The position numbers and the translations under genes were made by a program. The notes under the pieces are model-generated. The model saw only the letters and a program-made list of their open reading frames with translations, was not told the origin of the DNA and ran no database searches. 32,320 nt of DNA from Coniocarpon cinnabarinum (Eukaryota): contig JAVECO010000089.1 in NCBI GenBank assembly GCA_051942205.1, positions 62,001 to 94,320 of the forward strand. Reading direction: 5' to 3'. Of this stretch, positions 27,208 through 32,320 are shown piece after piece. Each line of letters opens with the position of its first letter. Position 1 is the first letter of the stretch.

Positions 27208-30200
27208 ATGGGAAATGTTTCCAGTCGCCCAGAGGACAGCAGTCCGCTTTTCCTACGTGACCAGAGCCGTTGTATGTGCCAATTCGCAGGCGCAGCTCAA
27301 CATGTTTCGCTGACTATTGCATTTCCGCAGTGACTGTCACAAGCCTTCGCATCTGCGCCTCGAACAACCGCACCCTCTATTCTGTCCTTCCAGATGCTAT
27401 TCCCGCCTGCAGGTATACCGTGCGAAAAGAGACAGACGATGGAAACATAGAATACGTTCAAGTATGTCTCAAGCGGCATCATATCATCGCCTGTCCAGTA
27501 CTGACTCGGGTGCCTGTAGGACCCAGAGGTCTCCTGTCCAGGCTCCCTTCCTAGCATCCTCCTCCGATTGAGCAGTGACGATGAGATCCATTTCTATTTC
27601 ACGTTTGCACTGCGTCCTCCGTCCTTGCTGGCGGAAGCCAAGGACGTTTCTGGCAACTCTCCCCTCGACACCGTCATCAATAGCCTCACATTTGTTTTTG
27701 CACCTACTTTGAAAGAGCTAGACTCCCTCGTGACTCGCCAATTTAATGCAGACCCGAATATTCACAAGCATCCCAACGTGGACCTCGTCGGAGACTATTC
27801 GACGGCCGGCAAGCAGCAAGAGCAGTTTGAGTGGTCCTGGCGATGGCGCCCACCGAAGCAAACTGAAGACAGAGGTGGTGGCTGGCGGAATAGTTGCAGT
27901 TTCGTGGAATATGATCAGCGAACACATCGGTTGAGTACACTGATCACGTTCTCGTTCTGGGTGCAGAGCGCTATGCGCAGACCACACAGTCCAGTGGCTT
28001 CCCACAGCCCAAGAATTGACAATCTCGTTCCTCCAAAGATACGGCTACCCTCACAAAGATCAATCGAGTCTCGTTTAAGTGACTCAGACACCGAGGTGTC
28101 GGCAGCTCGTGAGCCAACGTCCCCGTTCGAGACGATACACGAAGACAAAGACGCTCTCGAAGCAGTTTCCACTAGTTTAACTGTCAAGGTTGACTTGGGC
28201 AATGCCACACTTGACGGAGACATAACCAGCACTGATGATGGGCCTGTTTTCCGGGCAACTATGAAGAATCTCGAGTCTAAGACTGGCAGCGTGCGACAGC
28301 GCATGAAGAAAGTGTTGAAAAAGGCAGAAGCCACCAGGGAAGCCCAAATCAACAACAACGCGTGCGTTTCGTCGTTCATCTCTGCGCTCAAGGACGCATC
28401 TGAAACCAATTCGAATGCGGTGCAGCCAGCATTGGACCACTACTTTGCAAAGATTGCGCAAGAAATCTTGCAATATGAGCGCGAAAACTCAGAAGCATTA
28501 CAGAAGATGGTGATTGATCCGTTGGAGCGCATTTATTCCAGCGAGATTAAACAGGTGGAATCCAAGAAAAAGGACTTCGAAGATCACAGTCGAGATTATT
28601 ACAAGGATGTTAGTAAATACCTCGGTCAGCGATCGGACTCAATGAAAGAGAAGAAGCGAGCAGAGAGTGATAGCAAGTACGAAACTAAGCGTCGCACATT
28701 CGAGCTCAAACGTTTTGACTATTCTGCGTTCATGCAAGACCTGCACGGCGGTCGCAAGGATCAGGAAGTGCTCTCGCACTTGACAAGTTATGCAGACGCG
28801 CAAGCTCAAGGATACCTAGCTACTGCGAAGAGGATCGAATCCATGCTGCCACAGCTGGACGCACTTACTCAGGAAGTCAGAGAAGCAGACAAGCAATACC
28901 AGCTGCTCCGATCCGAGCGTGAAGAAAAGAGGAGGGCCCTGGAGAAGAGCTCAAAGATGCCATCCGAGAGCGACATGTCCCAGGATCAAAACTCTGCCAC
29001 GGAACAAGCTCCTCCGGTACCTCCATTGGCCCTATCATCACGCCCTCAGTCTGAGATAGACGCTTCACATGCCAGCAGTGCGTCTGCCGCGAATTCCAAC
29101 GTCACTGAGAAACGTCTATCTGTGGCTAATGGAGCAGGAAATGCTACAGCACCGGAAGCAAACAACGCCGCGTCCCCAGACGTGAGATCGTCATCACAAT
29201 TCAGCGCAAGTCCCAGCGTAGATCGGTATAAAGGCATCAGAGACCTCGAATCAACAAATCTTGAAGCGCGCACCACTGCTCAACGCAAAGAGGGACTGCT
29301 CTGGTCTTTGAGCAAACCTGGCAGTCATATGGTAGATCCTCGCATGAAAATCTCGTGGCACAAATTTTGGGTCGTGTTGGACCAGGGTCGGATTTCTGAG
29401 TACGTGAATTGGAAGTCCAACCCGGAAAAGCACATGGAGCCGATTGATTTGCGCATGGCGTCCGTGCGGGAGGCCAGAAATCAGGAACGTCGCTTTTGCT
29501 TCGAAGTCATCACACCACAGTTCACCCGCATTTATCAGACCACCGGCGAAGAGGACATGCGAAGTTGGATACAGGCAATTAATAATGCCTTACAAAGCGC
29601 GTTTGAAGGCAAGACTTCAGAACCCAGTCTTCCCCCAGCAAAAACGAGTAACAGTATTGCGCAGAACCTGTTTGGCAAGAGCTCATCTTACCATGGACAC
29701 CGATCAACCTCGTCCTCGGCAAAGTCTATGGGAAGATACCCCACAGTGGGTGATCGGCCACCCATACAGCGTAGTCGAAGCAGTGAAGAGCGGCCTGCCG
29801 TTCTCCTGAACAACATACGTAGCCGAGACGAAGGCAATAAGTACTGCGCTGACTGCGGTTCTGACAAACGAGTTGAATGGGTCTCAATCAATCTAGGCCT
29901 CATTATTTGCATTGAGTGTAGTGGTATTCACCGCTCACTGGGCACTCATATCTCAAAGATAAGATCTCTGACTTTGGACACAAACTCATTCACACAAGAT
30001 GTGATTGAACTCATCATGGCGTTAGGCAACCGCGTAAGCAACATGATATGGGAAGCAAAGCTGGATCTTTCGCAAAAACCTCCACCAGAAGCTCCACGCG
30101 AGCAGCGGCTTGCATTCATCACAGCCAAGTATCAACACCGCGCGTACATCCGACCAGTAGAGGAAGGTTTCTCTCACTACTCCTCCCCAGACCAGACATT

Positions 30201-30690
30201 GCTTGCCTCAGTTAAGAAGAATGACATACAGAATGTATACTACGCGCTTGCTCTTGCAGCAAATCCAAATGCAGTGGACGGTTCCAGAGCTACACATGTT
30301 GTTTTCCTAGCATTAGCAGCGGCGGATCCGGCGTCTCCATTTGCGTCATCGCCAAAAACGTCTCCCCTCTCCCCTGCAAAATCCTCTGCCGATGTCTCGC
30401 AACAGCGAAAGGCCTTCCCGGTCGCAGAACTCTTGATACAGAACGGAGCGGAAGTCCCGAATCAGCAGGCTCCTATTCCTCTTTCCGACGCCGCCCGAAT
30501 GTATGTCGACTTCAAGAAGGCGCAAAAGGCCGGGCGGTTAGCAGTCAACAGCAGCGCTGCACAACCGCCTCCCAATTCGTACAGCACTGGGGGTGTTGCC
30601 ACCAATTCCACCAAGTTGTCCAAACGCAGTTCAGCAGGACAAAATGTTGCCAAGTTTGCTCGAAACGCTGGCATGCTGCCGGAGCGATGA
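27208..30690 (+). CDS. ArfGAP with BAR, PH, ArfGAP and ankyrin-like domains (centaurin-beta/ACAP type), 1121 aa. Exons 27208..27271, 27331..27461, 27520..30690
   Basis: N-terminal MGNVSS, DDGPVFRA at the BAR start, PH domain QRKEGLL...WIQAI, and ArfGAP zinc finger CADC-x17-CIECSGIHR. Two canonical introns join the 5' exons in frame. Confidence 0.93.
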
Positions 30691-31855
30691 CGAGCAGTCG
30701 ACGACAACAAGGGACGTCGAGCTGAAGATGAGACGAGCACGGCGTGACGCTGTATAATCTGAGCATGAATGATGATGAGCATGGATAGTTACGATTCAGG
30801 ATTCCAAGATCGTCAAGGCGCCCATGAACTAGATCACTTGCAGCCAACGGGTCATTGATAGGCGGAGGCGTTCTGACAGGTGCATCTAATGTGTAATGTA
30901 TTATGGTTGACTACTGATTGGATCTGTTGGAGACGGCTTGGCTTAGACATGGACGGCGTATCGCGTGGCTCCAAAGATTGGATCTACGCGTCGAGCACGA
31001 GGAGGAGATTGAGGTGGGCGCGGCGGCTGGTTGGCATGCAGAACATCCGGACAGACCCTCAACACGGTCTCCGTACCCTGTAGTGAAGTAGTAATGACTG
31101 TCGGAAGCGCTGTGGAGCAAGCTGCCACTGTGTGCGGACAGCAACACGGCCACCTGGAAAGAGCCGAGCGCCTGGACGCACTGGAGGCGCCTGAAGGTCT
31201 TGCCCCGGACAATACAGTACTGCAGTTCATGCAGTGCCCGCGCTAGCTAAGCGCTTCAGTTGAAGGCGTGGAGGACGGGCCGAAGAGACGAAGCATGACG
31301 AAGGGCAACATGAAGCGCCCCGGCAAAGCCCACATGGATACCATAATGTATAGTCAAAGCAAACACAGGTCGAAACCGTGGGAGTCACAGGAATTATGGC
31401 AGCCATTTCATGGACTTGCAGGTAGGCGCGCACGCGAAAACAATCTCGGTGCGCCAGAAAAGCCGCATTTGTGGACGTGTCGTTGCAGCCAAGTATGCTC
31501 GACGGTGAGGTCGGCGTGCCTTGTTCTTGCCATTCATAGCCTGCTCCTTGTAGAAGCCTGCCAGTGGGCCAGTCTGGCTTTGCTGGCAGTGACACGGCCC
31601 GGCTAGGGCAAGCTGGCGGCCGCGTGCCCTCTGTGACCAGGAGCGTTGGAGCTGTCAATGCTCGGTCGATGCGCGCCGCACGACGCGGCGGATGGGGGCA
31701 AAACTCTCCCAGTCACGCTCAGAGCCGGCAGCAGGAGAGAGCGCGAGCGGGAGGGTGTGGGAAAGAGGAGGGTACTGGGTACTCGGTATAGAGAGAGGAC
31801 GGGCGCGTTGCCGGACGGTTTCTTTGCCACGTGTTGGGCGGTTGCAGAGGTCAGG

Positions 31856-32320
31856 CCAATGAGCAGGGACGACGGGGGCAGACGGAGGCAGGCGGCGAGG
31901 CGGCGTCAAACGACGGGCGCGTGTTTGAGAGATGGGAGAGGGCGCTGGTGGTGGTGAACAGGCCGCAGCAGCAGGTGAAGGACAGGCAAGCATGGGAGAT
32001 GGAAGAGAGAGAGAGAGGGAGAGACCAAGGGAGGTTCAGAGACGCCCCAATCGGAGGGCGGGCCTGAGGGCTGCGGGTTGCAGTAGCGCGGCAGTAGCGC
32101 CCCGCCGGCTAGCCAATCACGCCCCGACATTCCCTAAGCGCCGGCGCTACAAAAATAGAGATGAACGCATATGCACACACACACTGGCACCACTGGCACC
32201 TCCACCACCACCAACACTACCATACTGTTCACCACCATCCACGCTGCTGCTCCTCCTCCTCCTCCTCCTCTCTCGACACCACGCTCACTCATTCGACCCC
32301 CCAGCTTTCCTCTGCCCCCC
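31856..32320 (+). promoter_or_regulatory. CCAAT-box promoter and pyrimidine-rich leader, probably of a gene beyond the window
   Basis: CCAAT at 31856, 32047 and 32113 (AGCCAATCA), followed by CA- and CT-rich tracts. Confidence 0.5.
32250..32270 (+). repeat. (CTC)n microsatellite
   Basis: Seven consecutive CTC units. Confidence 0.85.

Noticed and set aside
30769..30876. Box C (ATGATGA) and box D (CTGA) pair as a possible snoRNA
   Set aside because: No convincing terminal stem or recognisable rRNA guide, and it lies in the probable ArfGAP 3' UTR.

Overview
Gene-dense eukaryotic DNA from a filamentous ascomycete (Pezizomycotina; short 46-90 nt GT-AG introns with CTRAY-type branch sites). I can build 14 gene models by hand. 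In order: 3' end of SmB, ER cyclophilin B, DED1 helicase, Ies1 (INO80 subunit), Rpt4 (minus strand), enolase, a 799-aa MACPF-like protein with a lectin-like tail, a conserved acidic hypothetical protein, a CobW/COG0523 GTPase (minus strand), a 106-aa hydrophilic stress-type protein, a 132-aa IFI27/ISG12-like membrane protein needing a GC-AG intron, an LtrA-family membrane protein with a His-rich N-terminus, a PTH11-like 7TM protein and a myristoylated BAR-PH-ArfGAP. The window ends in a CCAAT-rich promoter-like region. The strongest leads are the putative cytosolic pore-forming protein, the IFI27-like gene, and the soluble versus membrane-anchored splice switch in cyclophilin B. I saw no transposons, rRNA, tRNA or CRISPR arrays. 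Family calls come from motif recognition, not from database searches.
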